Below are positions 9,034 to 22,404 of a DNA stretch of 64,000 bases, in pieces. Source of the DNA: Craspedostauros australis. Lineage: Eukaryota. Every line of letters starts with the position of its first letter. Positions within the stretch are counted from its first letter, which is position 1. Both the position numbers and the translations under genes were made by a program. Location of the stretch: assembly GCA_030167865.1 (NCBI GenBank), contig JALAGF010003400.1:1-64000 (forward strand), written 5' to 3'. Under the pieces are notes generated by a model that had not been told where the DNA came from, did not search any database, and worked only from the letters and a program-made list of their open reading frames with translations.

Positions 9034-12000
9034 ATGGCGCACAACAACGGACCTCATCAGGACTCTGGTCCTACCAACGACGCTGGGAACACGCCCAGCA
9101 TCAGCCAGGCCGCGGCTCTGGCATCACAAATGAGTGCCAGCCAAGCACTGGCGGGTGCGGCCTCCGCGCAAGCGGCCCCGTTCAACGCGTTGGCAGCAAA
9201 CAACGCTTTCACAGACCCGAATGTCATGATGATGACCAACGCTGTCGCGACCATCGCGGCGATGGCAGCATCGACCATGCAACAGGCCTCACAGACGTCG
9301 CAAGTACATCACGCCCCCATGCAGCAGACCATGCATGGACATCAGCACGCGCAAGCGCCACCCAATGCAGCCATCCCAGGGATATCACCTCAAGTAGCCG
9401 CAGCTGCGCGCAAGTTGCTTGCCTCGGGAGGCGCCATTCCAACGATGACGCATGCATTCAACCCTCCTCCACAGCTGCCGCAGTCCAACATGGCCGCGCT
9501 TCTCGAGATGGGCTTTGGCGGCGGAGCAGGCGCACCGGCTGCAACTGCGGCCTTGTCTTCTCTGCTGGCGGGTGCTGCTGCGGCCGCACCACCTGCAACA
9601 ACCACGCCGCCACCTCTGCCACCACAGCAACTGCCACCTCCTCCGGTTGCTACGACTTCCGCGCCTCAACCAGCACCCCCTGTGCCTCCGGTTGCCTCGG
9701 CACCTCCGACAACGACATTGCATCCATTGCACGCCGCGCTGCCGACACCGAAGAGCTCCGATGTTAGCTCCATCGGCGGCCTGACGAACGCAGCCATTGC
9801 TTCTCAGCAGGTGGCGCACGCATCGGCATTCTCACAAGGGCAGTACAACAACGCCCTTCTTCCGGGAATGCAGAGCTGGACGTTACAGCAGTTAGGTAAG
9901 AACGCTCAGCAGCTTGTTCCCTGCGTCATTTCCTGGATGATGTTGATGGTGATAATGCCATGCTGATATTGTTCACAATGGTTCGCTAACATCTTCATTC
10001 ATTGATTCATCTTTATCTATCATGCACCCATCCGTGCATTCATCCGCTACATCCATGTGCCGGTGTGCTTTGCTGGTCTTGATCGCTGCTGCTCTTGCCA
10101 CTCGATTGCAATGATTATCGTGTCTATGTACCCACCATGCCCTCTTTCAACACATGGCGACACCAACACAATCGCAAACGCATCAAACTTTGCATTGGAT
10201 GCACAGAACACCATGCCAAGATGCTCAACCAGCTTAACCAGCCTGTGCCACAAACCGTTGCCATGCTGCTAGCAGAAGCACGTCGCAAGGAGGAGAAGCG
10301 TGCTGCCAAGCGCGTCGCCAACCGAAAGTCAGCCTGCACTTCCCGAGCACGGAAGAAGGCTTTGCTCGAAGAGATGGCCCGCACAAACGCCCGCCTGCGC
10401 CGACATGCCCTCATTCTGTCCCTCCTCCCAGACCTGGTCATCGCGGTCACGTTGGAGGGTGAAATCACCTTTTGCAGCGAGCAGGCCGAGAGAGTCCTCA
10501 AGCACGACGTGAAAGACTTGATTGGTGTACGATTAGAACATCTCATCGTACCGTCTTCCAGAGAGGCTCTGAAAAGCCTCGTGAACCAGCTACTTCGTGG
10601 CGGCAGCGCCTCAGGCAGAGGCGCAGGCAATGCCAGCGGCAGCAGGAAGAGGCGAGCATCAGGACAGGCGAACAACGGAAGCGATGCCAACGGAAGCAAG
10701 GCCGCATCGGCATACGGGAACGACAACAGCAACGCCTCAGGCCAGACCTCGTCGCAAGGACGCAGCTCAGATGCTGCTGTCGTCTCTGAGCAATCATTCC
10801 CGCTCTCAGTCGTCGAAGTTGACAGTATGAGACCAAAACGAGCCAAGACTCAGGCAGACACATCCGACACGTCAACTGGCAATGGAAGTGGCAAACAACA
10901 AACCATTTCCTCGCTAACAAACAGCGCTAACCTCAGCCGGTCCCCCACAGCTGCTGGGTCGTCCGTTGACGGCGAGGTGGCCCAAAACGATTCCACCAAG
11001 TCTGACAAGAAATCAAAGAAGAAGGCCGGAAGAAAGAATGCCAGCAGCGATGATGCATCGTCGTTGTCCTCCGACGCCAAGAACATGCAACGAGCAAACG
11101 AGAACCTCGACAGAAATGTTCGCCTGCACAACAAGATGAAGCACACCAAGAAGTCCAAAGGCAAGGGGCCGAAGGACGACGTCACAGGTGCATCAGTCAC
11201 GGCGAACAACGCATCCGCAAGACTATCTTCCTTGAAGCACGTGCCCGAGCCTGAGCCAGACAAGAAAGTCAAGGCAGTGGCCGCACCCGTGAAGCAGGAG
11301 GAGCCCATGGCACCGCCAGCTCCCGCACCAGCTGCGAAGATGCCCGCTGCGTCAGCGCCTGCAGCATCGGCCCCAGCAGCGAGATATGAAAGCAATGGTG
11401 AACAATCGTCGTCCGACGACTCGCTGCTGGCAGGAGTTGAAGAAAAGAAGAAAGGGGAGAATGCTTCAGACGACTCGGGTTACAGAGAGTCCAATGATTC
11501 AAGGGAGGAAACATCGTCGTCGGGGAGCGACACGTCGACGTCGAAAGGTGAGATCTGTGTGAACTTCGAACTTCGTTGAGGTCTGCGTTGTGTCGTCCTG
11601 CATTGCACTCCGCGCAAGACCTTGCTCTGGCTCGCCGTTGACAGATTGATTTTCTCACACTCTTTCGTTTCTCTATTACTTGTTGCATCCCTGTGATCGT
11701 CGTCCATTCTTGTTCAATACCGTCGCAACAGATCGTCAACAAGACCAGCTCTCGCCCACCTCGAAGCTTCGTCTCATCCGATCCGATCTCACCACTGTCT
11801 GGTGCGAGGTCACTTCGTCAGTGCGGACGAGATCTGCGGAGGAGGACGGTTCCGAGTCATCGACACCAACTTCATCGGTTGCGCCAAAGGGGGCAAAGTC
11901 CCCGCCCCGCAACGAAGGCTCCATGCAATCGCAAGAGGGCACCAAGGAGATCCTCCTGTGCCTCCGTCCAATCAGAGACGGTGACAAGCTCTCCGATGAG

Positions 12001-12399
12001 AGCCTGCGGCTGTATTCGAAGAAGAACTCAGTCACATCGACGAGTAATAGCAACAGCACCACAAATGTTGGCACCTCTCTCAGCGCTCCAAACGAGACGA
12101 CTGCTGTGTCCTCCAGCAGCGCTGAGGCGAAGAAGCAGAAGAGCTCTTCGTCGTCACAAAACGAGTCCCTGGACGCAGCGCAGGATACGTCCGCGACCTC
12201 ATCTGGTGATGCGAGGGTTGCGAAGCGCCCGCCCAAGAAGAGGGTGCTCTCGACCACGATGGACCCTCTTGCCCAGAGAGATGGGGCCAAGCGCCAAAAG
12301 AGTGAAGCAAAGAAGGGAAAGAAGGATGGCTCCCCCCAATCATCCGAAACCGAAAAGAGCGTTGTCGAATCGTTAATGCTGATGAACAAATCCCAGTGA
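9034..12399 (+). CDS. bZIP-PAS transcription factor; exons 9034-9895, 10207-11547, 11732-12399; about 956 aa
   Basis: Basic region KRAAKRVANRKSACTSRARKK plus a short zipper, then the PAS N-half (LPDLVIAVTLEGEITFCSEQAERVL...LIG...HLI). PAC-like strands LRLIRSDLTTVWCEVTSSV and EILLCLRP lie in exon 3. Both introns are phase 1, GT-AG. The N-terminus is A/P/Q-rich. Confidence 0.85.
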
Positions 12400-13305
12400 G
12401 CACCCGTCGTTCCTTGCACAGGTACCGTGCGCCAAGCCCAGTTTTCCGTTTCGGATGGGCGCTGGGGGTGCTGAGCATTCGTACCGCACGAATGCGAGTA
12501 GTCCAGATGCAGACGGCGTCATGGCCAGCAATTGTTCTGGTCCAAAAGCGACCCGAGCTGCTTCGCGCCACACAGGAAAAGCACGTTGCAATCAATCTAA
12601 TGCATTTTTACAAGTATTCTACATTTAGATCTACTCGTCAACTAAAAGTGGTTCAGGATTTGCCATGCCACAGAATGGAGTCCGCCCAGGCGGAGCGATC
12701 TGCTCCACCAGTCACGAGAAGGACCATCTAATCGTGGGACGCGATAGCCGACGAATGGTTTGGAACGATTTTGCCCTGCGATCGGCGTGGTTTTGTTCTT
12801 GCTGGCTGGTTCGATTTATTGCTGTTTGAAGCATTCGGATTGGCTCGAGTGTTTCCGAACGCAATTCTGGTTTGAATCACATCCAAGGTCTGGGGATGTC
12901 AGTCCCACGAGTGTGGTTCATCGAGCACTTTTTCCGTGACTAAATTATTCGCACTTCACCTGCGTTTGAATCGTGGTGTATATCCGGGTGTTCAATTTGA
13001 TGACACGAATCGGCACGTGCAGGCGGACACGCGTTGTTTGTTTGAATGTCAACACGAACCTGGCATTGTCCTTCGCGTCGGTTGAGGTGCAACGATGGGC
13101 AGATGAACCGGACACAAAACGAGTCAACATCACACGAACAAGGCATCAAACACTGCCAGGGAGTACTTTGCTACATTCCCCATCCGCAAACACAGCATCA
13201 CATCAAACTCGCTCCACGAGCACAGCACATCTCTCTCGCTTTCACCACACAAACAGCATCACATCAAGCAAATCGATAGAGAGCCACAGAGCATCACAGC
13301 ACATC

Positions 13306-15575
13306 ATGGTACGTGAAGAGGGGTGACTGCCGCCACGGATTCACAATCGCAAAAGAGTGGCTGGTGTGCTCGGGTGGTCATCAAGGGGAGCCTGCCGTTC
13401 TACGTTGACACTTGGACTGCTTGCATCATGCGGGGAGGGAAAAGGGTTCAACCATTCTCGTATTGCACAGAGCGGTTCCTGCTTTCCCATGTTGATCAAT
13501 GCGCCATCATCGTCATCATCATCGTCATCACCGTCGTCGTCTCTCTTTCTCACCGTGCGTGATTTGATGATTCCATTCGCTGCTGCTTTACCGCCGCTCT
13601 TGATACCATCTCCATCTCATCCCCATGTTGACGTTGACATTGACATTGACGGCCGTGCCTACTGGTCGTACGATCACAGGGTTCAATGTTTTCATGCGTA
13701 GCCACCGGGCTCGGGTGGTGCTTCTGCACGGCAGCGGCATCCTTGCTGGGATCATGCTGCGGTAACGACAAGCCATCCTCCGAAGCGCCTGGCGCGCACT
13801 CTGGCCGCAAACGGTCGGTGTTCCTGTTGCTGATAGCAATCGCCATTGCCTTCATATTCCAATACGGCGTGGCACCTGCAGTGACGGATGCACCAGTATC
13901 CAACTACGTGACAGACGCATGGCTGGATGGTTGTGAGAAGTACGACGAGGATATACTGGTGGACCGTTGCGCTGGGCAGGCGGGAGTGTACCGCAGCGCT
14001 TTCAGTTCGACATTGTTCTTCATCTTGGCAGCAATCGGCGTGGCGTGCAAGCCATCCGCCAACCGGGAGGCTTGGATCGCAAAGTACACGCTGTTCTTCT
14101 TCCTTGAACTGCTGATGTGCTTCATCCCCAACGAACCGCTGTTCTTGGACGTGTACCTCAATATCGGGCGCGTCGGTGCTGCACTCTTCATCTTCATCCA
14201 ACAAGTCATCTTGGTGGATCTGGCATTCAACTGGAACGACAGCTGGGTGGAACGGTCGAACAAGGCAGAAGCCGAGGAGGTTGGGTCCGGCAGGAACTGG
14301 TTGATCGCTATTGTGGTTTCGGCAGCCATGATGTTCATCACTTCTTTCGTTGGCTGGGGTTTGATGATTCATTACTTTGCGGGATGCCCCGACAACAACG
14401 CCTTCATCGCCATCACCATCGTGCTTTGCGTCATCATCACGGGCGCGCAGTTGAGCGGGGGAGAAGGGAGCTTGTTGGCAAGCAGCTTGATCACGCTATA
14501 CGCAACATCTCTCTGCTACAGCGCCGGTACGTTTGCACTTACGCATACTCGTACAGCACTGCGAGTGGGGGATAGGAATGTTGCTTCCATCCTGCGGATG
14601 GCCCTGGAGGAATCGAACATGCGAAAGCGCTGCGTGCGACGATTATACTCTCCGGCTTTGAGGCACTGTGCATGCTGAATACTACACCACCTGTTTCTCA
14701 CGCTGTTCCTTGTTACACGATCACTCAATGTCCACTGTGATCAACTCTAATACCACGTGCTGCAATTGCGACACAATGTTTCACATACACCCAACGTATG
14801 TAAATCGCAGTGTCCAAGAACCCCGACCGCGATTGCAACCCATTCTTGGGAGAGGATGACTTCCTGGGCATCTTCATTGGCGTTGGCTTCACTGTCGTTG
14901 CCTTGGGGTACGCCGGTTGGTCGTTCACGGCGGATCAAACTTTCAACAGAGACAGGTACGAGGATGTTATGTGTTGTCCTGGGTGTTGTCTTTGCGTGCG
15001 TATCTGCTGGAATGATTGCTGGCGCATCAGCCGTGTCCGTACCATACCTACACACACTTACCTGTCTTGTTTCAACTTCTGTGCTCGGCGGTACCATGCA
15101 TGCTCCGTTTTGTTCTACACACCACTCAATAACGAATCACATCCGGGAGCACAGTCAGGACGAGATTGAGAACAGCAACTTTGATTACAGGAAGAAGACC
15201 GAAACGACAAACCCGGACGGTGAGAGAAAGGTGACAGGTGTTGTCACCTATGGCGCGAACAATGAGGATGCTGGTGGTGATGAGGAGAGCCCAAGCGGCG
15301 GACAAAATCGAAGTGGCAGCGCTGGGGACGAAGAAGCCGTACCCAACACATTCAGCAATTCCTGGAGGCTGAATGTGATCCTCGCGATCGTCAGTTGTTG
15401 GTTCGCCATGTCCTTGACTGGATGGGGAGCGATAAAGTCGGGCGGCACCGCTGCGAATCCGCAGGTCGGAGATGTTAGCATGTGGATGATCATTGTGTCG
15501 CAATGGCTCGTGCTGCTGATGTACCTCTGGACGCTGATCGCACCGCGCGTGTTCCCAGACCGCGACTTCTCGTAA
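13306..15575 (+). CDS. SERINC: Serine incorporator (SERINC/TMS1) membrane protein; exons 13306-13308, 13680-14526, 14811-14955, 15155-15575; about 471 aa
   Basis: N-terminus MGSMFSC...CFC...SCC, motifs CAGQAGVYR and FIFIQQVILVDLAFNWNDSW, and C-terminus SQWLVLLMYLWTLIAPRVFPDRDFS. All three introns are GT-AG and frame-consistent. Confidence 0.93.
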
Positions 15576-18500
15576 CGGTATCAAGTGACGAAAGCGCAGC
15601 GGGTGCTGCTGCTCCCAGGAGCACTCCATTGGAGCACTGGTCCCGAATCGCATTGCTCCAGAAAGAAGTGGGCCAATCAATGATGCTCGATGCGGGTCGA
15701 GGCATGGTATAGCACCATAAAATGCACTCCATATTCTCAGTCTAATGTATAGCGCAGTAACAGTCGCAATAGCAATATGCATTTGAACACTCGCATCAAT
15801 GTGCTGTGCGATCTAATGGGCTGTGCCGTTGCCCTCAAAGATGTTGGAAACGGCCTGAGTGCATGGTTGATGGTATCCAAGGTGGCGGGCACCGGAGACA
15901 CACGGATCACCATGGTGGTGGTGTGTCGCACAGCCTTCCTCCGCCCGTGGCCATCCATGATCAACACTGCATCATCCCGTCTACGCAAATCCGCATCCGA
16001 GACACGCAATCGTACAACACCATGCAACAATGATGACCATCCAACATCCGATCTCCGCCGACCCATTGCCCCTTCTCGAAGAATGCACGTCGACGATCTC
16101 CTGTCCACGTCGAACGTTCGCACCTTTCTCACATCCAGTCCTCATCTGCGAATCCTCGAGCACTGCACCAACTGCAGGCACGAACACGAGTACGTGTGCG
16201 GATCCGAAGAGAAGCAGTCCGCATCAACGCCAAAACAGAACAATGTGGTAAAAGAGAGGGACCAAAGGTATTTGTTCTCATGAGAATTTGTGCACACAAG
16301 AAAGATACTTTGCGTCTGACGCATGCGGTGGCATGTATCTCCCGAAAGAAGAATCGCCGCCGCTTCTTGTTGGGATCCGTGCGCACGGTTCCGCCATGGA
16401 TGTCTTTGCCTCTTTGTCGCATCGGATTCTGTTCTTTGTCTTCCTTTCGTCTCCTGTTCTCATTTCGTTCGTGTGAGGACCGTGTTCTCGGATTGGTCAT
16501 TGTCGCCATCGTGTCCCTGATTGGGACAACTGTCGCGCTGTCATTTTTGAAAACGGACTCAGTGTCGCTGTTGACACCTTTTGTGTCAACGGGGCAAGCT
16601 GTGCTGGCTTCTGGTGCGACACATTTAATCCAATCAAAACGTTTCATTTACGAACAAGAACAACGATGACAAAGGAATCAAATGGAAAAGCACCAAAGCC
16701 CGTGCGAAGTGGCGAGACACAAGTCGTGCGCAGCGATCCAATCAGACGCTCGAAAATGCAGTCGCGCAGAGAGTTCGTCGTGTTTTTCCGCGTTGTGCTG
16801 CAGAGTTCTCAGACCTCGCGCGGGGGATACTGCGCGATGATTTCGCGCTTCGCGTGTGGTGCCTGGACGAGGATCAGCTGTCGCAGCGCGCGGACAACAG
16901 CGAGGAACCGAAAACGTTGGGAGTAACATGTGTTGTGACACAGCCGCCGAAGTCGGAACGCTCACCTGGTCTCTTCTCCGCGTACTGGTGTGGCACCAAC
17001 GCCATCAACAACAACCAAAGGAAGAAGAAAGACACAGAACAAGTACGGAGAGGGAGGAGAGCGGAGAGCGGTGAGTGGAGAGCGAGAGAGCGACAAGGAG
17101 GACATCAAGAACAAATTCCTCGTCAGTTGGTCTTTCCGAAATCATTCTTGCCGATGCAGCACGACTACGACTGCGAGCACAAGTATCCACCATCCTTGTC
17201 ATCACCACCACCATCATCTCCGCAGTCTGCATCAGCCTCGTCACATCACCATTGTCCAAGCTGAAACATCGGTGCCACAAGCAGGCAGCAGCAACAGCAA
17301 CAGAGTTCTCGCAGGAAGATCAAGTGTGTATCCATACCAACCATTCTCATACACGCACATCGAACTCGCAGCAAACCAACACTCCTGCGGAATCGTACGC
17401 CCCCACCCATTCGTGCAAACAAGCAAGGACAATCATCATCGAACACCAACAAGCGCAAGAACAAGCAACCGACCGACTGACCAGGAAATCAATCAAGCAA
17501 AGAAGCACGATAACCACAACCCGAATCGGTGCAAACGGCATTCTCGTGATGCGATCGTGCGAGTAGGCAAAATACCAAAGGTGTGTAAATTTGTTCGTGG
17601 CAGGGTCTTGTGTGGGCGCTGGGATGATGCGGTGACAACGGTTGTCAGGTGTAAGATCGTGTTGGCGATCTTCTTGGTTTTGGCGGCTCCGTCGATGATG
17701 CCTGATGCCTATCCGCATGGGTACTGTATTATACCGTAGATCGCACACACCCATGACGGACTTCGTTGTGTTCTGGGTTCAGTGCCGTTCTGGAGCAACG
17801 AAGTTTTTCTTCAGCAACGCAGAGAGAAGGCGCAACTGCCCCAAACGCACGCAGCGACGATCGCAGATAGAGAGACTGAGGGAGAGGCGGAATTTGTTGA
17901 CTCACCGTACTATCCAGCTCACCTCCTTGCCTGTTTCGTCGATGATCCATTCCTCAATGATCGTTGTTGTTTGTTGCCATTCGTGCGTTGGCGGAATCGC
18001 AACTGTCACGCCTCTACAAACCCAAACGATCCAAACACCCAACAAACCTTGACGATCCAAACACCCAATCCAACCAAACCACTACCCACAACCAATAAGC
18101 AGACCTCATTCCGACACACCACCCACCTCGCACAAGCTTCATTACCAAACACGCTTTGTACCACACCTTTGACATCTGGCATCCATACCGACGCTTGCTC
18201 CAGTGTGTGCACTTGCGATTGCGACTGCCTCTGGTGTCACACTCCTTGCTGCATTCATACACGCATTCATCCACACATCCACATTCATACTCCACTACGA
18301 TCTACCAGCACCAATAGTCTACCTACAAGACACCAACATTCACACCTGCATGACACATCCCAACACCAACAACGACGTTCCCATCATCGCCATTAGCAGC
18401 AGCAGCCTCCTGAGCGTATCCCGCCGGCGCATCTCGCATCTCCATTCCGCCAACAAACCCGCGACCGGAAAACAACAGGATCGGTGACAGGAACCCCCAC

Positions 18501-19260
18501 GCTGCACTTAACCTCCAACAATCAAACAAAAAACTCAAAACCACCACAAACAACCACAACAACCATAGCAAAAGACATCCTTCGTGGAACAAAACAATAC
18601 TCACGAAGAACAGAACTTCGAGACACAAAATTCCAACCCTTCCAGTGACATCCCCCATCACCGCACAACCAAACACCGACCACCAAGCAACGCTCTGCCA
18701 CACCCGCATCAGCAACTAAGCACAGAAGGACTCTGTCTCATTCCACTCACAACACCAGCAATCTACAACAACCAACACACCCAACAGCAAACAGCAGACA
18801 CAATAGCAACACACAGCACACAGACACATCGTTGCAAGGTGACGACTGCTCCGGTGTACTTGCGGAAGTCCTCGTCTCCGCCCTCCTTCGGGTGGCCCAT
18901 CCGGTAGCACCAAACCAACAACAACAACACATCAACAAACCAACACCAACATCATTGAAAATACCACACCAATCAACAACCAAACAAACATTCATACTCA
19001 CCAATCAAACAAACATACAAAGAACAAAGACTCCGAAGGCCCCGCGTCGTTCCGGCTTGTTCGCTCTTCTCTTCCACTTCACGCCAACCAGTCAGCAACA
19101 AGTTTCGTGACATTCCGGCCAATCCAATCCTCCTCACCCCGCACTCACAAGTCAACACTGCAAGCCCAACCAACGCACACCACATCACGCATCAACACGC
19201 AACAAGCAACACACAATCGCAGCACAAAACAAAGCAGACAACAACCCCCCGGCGGAAGTC

Positions 19261-22112
19261 ATGTTATTTGTGTCTGCGGAGAAAGCTATTGAATTGAATA
19301 AAGCGAACTATCGGACGCCAGACCTTGAGCTCTACGTCCGTGATGTGCGCGATCGGCAAGCGCGGAGGCGCCGCATCCTCGTCCGATCGTGGTCCACAAT
19401 CAAAGACGTGAAGGATGCGATTCAGCATGCGACGCACATCCCTTCCAACGCGCAGCGGCTCTACTTCGGACCGCTCCTCACTTCTGGCAAGCAGCTTCCC
19501 AACCACCGCTCCCTGCACGATGTCGGCATCTACAAATCCGGAGAGACGCTGCTCATGGACATCCGTGGTGCCTCAGCTTCTCTGTTCGACACTCTCACGG
19601 TGTCAGCATCCTTCAAGACGAAGCTGGAGTTCACGCATGATCTCTGCCCATCACCCTCCGTCATCGACTTCGCACCAAGGCCGCTACGTCATCTCATCCA
19701 GCAGGCGCGACGAGGCTTCGCGCTCGGTCTCAAACCTGAGTTCATCCTGGATGGTTCCGGCGGCAGCTACTTCCTACATGATGCTCGCAAGGTCAAGCTT
19801 GCCGTGTACAAGCCAGCCGACGAGGAGCCCTACGCGGAGAACAATCCACGCGGATACCTCAAGCAGCCGGGGCAGCCCATGGCACTGCGAGAAGGCATCG
19901 TCCCTGGTGAAGCCTGTCTGCGAGAAGTCGCGGCTTTCATGCTTGATCATGCTGGATTCAGCGGCGTTCCCATGACGACTCTGGTCGAAGCGCGTCACCC
20001 AGCGTTCAACACCAACGGATCGCGGTTGACCGTCGCAGAGGGCGGTGCATCCATCGGCTCGCACTCCATATCGGCGCTGCAATCCCCAACGAACATCGCG
20101 GCTTCGCCGTTTGGAGCCTCGCCTCAGTACTCGCCCTTTTCGCGCGCGTCGAAACTGACGAAGAAGGTCGGCTCCTTTCAAGAATTCGTCAGAGCCGAAT
20201 GCAGCATGGACGATCTCAGCCCCAGCAAGATATCGGTCGACGAGGTGCACAAGATCGCCATCCTCGACATCCGCATCATGAATGCCGATCGCAACTCCGC
20301 CAACCTGCTCTGCAAGAGACGACCGGACAACACCATCGAGCTGGTGCCGATCGATCACGGCTTTTGCCTTCGCTCTGTGGCGGACGTTTCCTGGATGGAT
20401 TGGTGCTGGTTGGACTGGCCTCAACTCAAACAGGTAAGTCGTTTCGTTTGCTTTCAATGCGCCTCATCTGGAGCACGCTGTTGCTTCCATCAGATTGATT
20501 CATTTTGTATCTCACCGTCTTCCTGCCTCTCCCCAAACTATTACTACTACTACCGCAGCCGATGAGCGAACGCAACAAGAAGTACATCATGAATCTCGAT
20601 GTGGAAGCCGACATCCGCATGATGAAAGAGCAGCTGCACATCGGGCAGGAGGCGTTGGACATCTTCCGCGCATCGACAAGCATCCTCCAAGCCGGCGTCA
20701 AAGCCGGACTCACGCTGTACGAGATTGCCGTTATGTGCTGTCGCAACGACAACATGGGAGAAATCCCATCCAAACTCGAGGTGCTCTTTTCCATGGCATC
20801 CGAACTCGCATCGTCTGCGATCAAGAACGGGCGGTGGAACCACGAAACCGCATCCAGAGCACTCACGGACCAGCTGTCACCAATGGGCGGCAGCCTCCTG
20901 TCCACACATCACAAGCAATCCGCCATGCGGAAGAGCCTCTCATCATTCCAAATATCCACCTTCAACTACCCAACCCAAGAGGAGAATCTCGCCATTGACA
21001 ACAATGCCCAGAAGGATATGCCCGACATGATCAAGTCGTCACTGTCAGACTCCAGCAGTTACGATTCAGCTGACGACGCTGGCGACGACGGCGACGACAC
21101 TGACGACGATGTTGGTACCAGTCTTGATGACAGTGAACAGAACACCGATGACCGTCACCAACACGATGGTGTTGTTGCGGAAAGCAGACGAGAAGGCGGA
21201 GCGATCGTGGATGCCGATGCTCCCTGTTGCAACAACGAGTACCAGATTGGATGCGGCGAATGGGCAGCAGCGCTCATCGCCGACGTCAGCCTGGAAAAGA
21301 GCAGACGAATCATGCAACGAAAGCAACGATCCATCTCAATCGAATCTGAGGGGTCGGTGGACTCCGGGCAATCGAGCGGCGCTGGGGGTTTCTGGCACAG
21401 AGCACCAGGCAGTGACGATGACGACGCAACATCTGTCGAAGGTGACGACGATTCCGTTTCGTGGTCGCCCAGCACTTCGCCAGTGTCAAGCAGGTTGCAC
21501 AAGCCACTGCTGTACAGCGACAGTCACAAACTTCAAATGCATTCACTCAAGGGCAGCCCACCGCTGCCGATGAGGCTTGACGATGGATCGTTCCGACCTG
21601 GTTTGCTCATCCCCCCGAGCATCCCCAGGGTATCGTTCTCGGGTAGCACAATCGCAACAGCTCGGAGCGATGATGATAAGCCTTTCGCGAAACCTGCGAC
21701 AGAAGCTGCTGCAGATGAAGGCAAATCGCCACAACCAAAAGTCGTCTCCTTCGGCTTGCCGCCAAAATCATTCCTTTCTCCATCTTTGCCGAGAGCTGAC
21801 GAGCAGCAGCAGTCGCCATCACTACCGGCAGCTCCAGCAACGGCAGCATTGTCGTCTCTCTCATCGCAACAGGGCATGATACGCAGCAAGAGCTTTTCGG
21901 CGCTGTCCTCGTCATCGTCTTCGTCAACAACACCGTCGGCGCAAGACGATAGCAACAGAGGAATGCTGTCACTGTCGACATCCCAGGCGAAGTCCAGGCT
22001 TCCAATGCACAGGGACGGCGAACAGTTCCGAGACTACTTCCTCAAATTCATCGACCTCGTCATCGTCCGAGAGACGACAGCGGCATCACGGCTCAGTAAA
22101 GGTATATTTTGA
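19261..22112 (+). CDS. Type II PI4-kinase gamma-like kinase with N-terminal ubiquitin-like domain; exons 19261-20433 and 20559-22112; about 908 aa
   Basis: Ubiquitin-like segment [25 protein letters not shown]...SLHDVGI. Kinase motifs [48 protein letters not shown] and PIDHGFCL. Phase-0 intron gtaagt...cgcag. Confidence 0.9.
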
Positions 22113-22404
22113 TCCCTTCCAATCCGACATGCGTACGATATGCACAATCTGAATATCTTCCTTTAGATTTCCACGATGCGTTTTTGCACAAACACAATCC
22201 AACACTGATTCTTATTTCTTTGTACCATCTGTAGCTTATTATGCTTGCCCCGAGTACTTGTGGAGCGCAGTGCTGCATCGTTTGCCGGGAGCTGCTCGCT
22301 CTCAATCGCATAAAACCCACGTAAGCAGATAGATTTCTCGATGTCGCTGCTGTTGTCACCGGCGCAACACAAGCGGAGCGAGAGCTTATCCGTTCCTCTT
22401 GATG

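Noticed and set aside
8110-9767. ORFs 8110..8769 and 8766..9767
   Set aside because: Non-ATG starts and low-complexity translations of the leader or an alternative frame of bZIP-PAS exon 1.
9034-12399. Aureochrome (bZIP-LOV)
   Set aside because: No GxNCRFLQ flavin-binding motif; the sensor domain is a generic PAS.
15737-18396. Several 130-250 aa ORFs on both strands
   Set aside because: No recognisable domains or convincing splice structure; likely chance ORFs in compositionally biased DNA.
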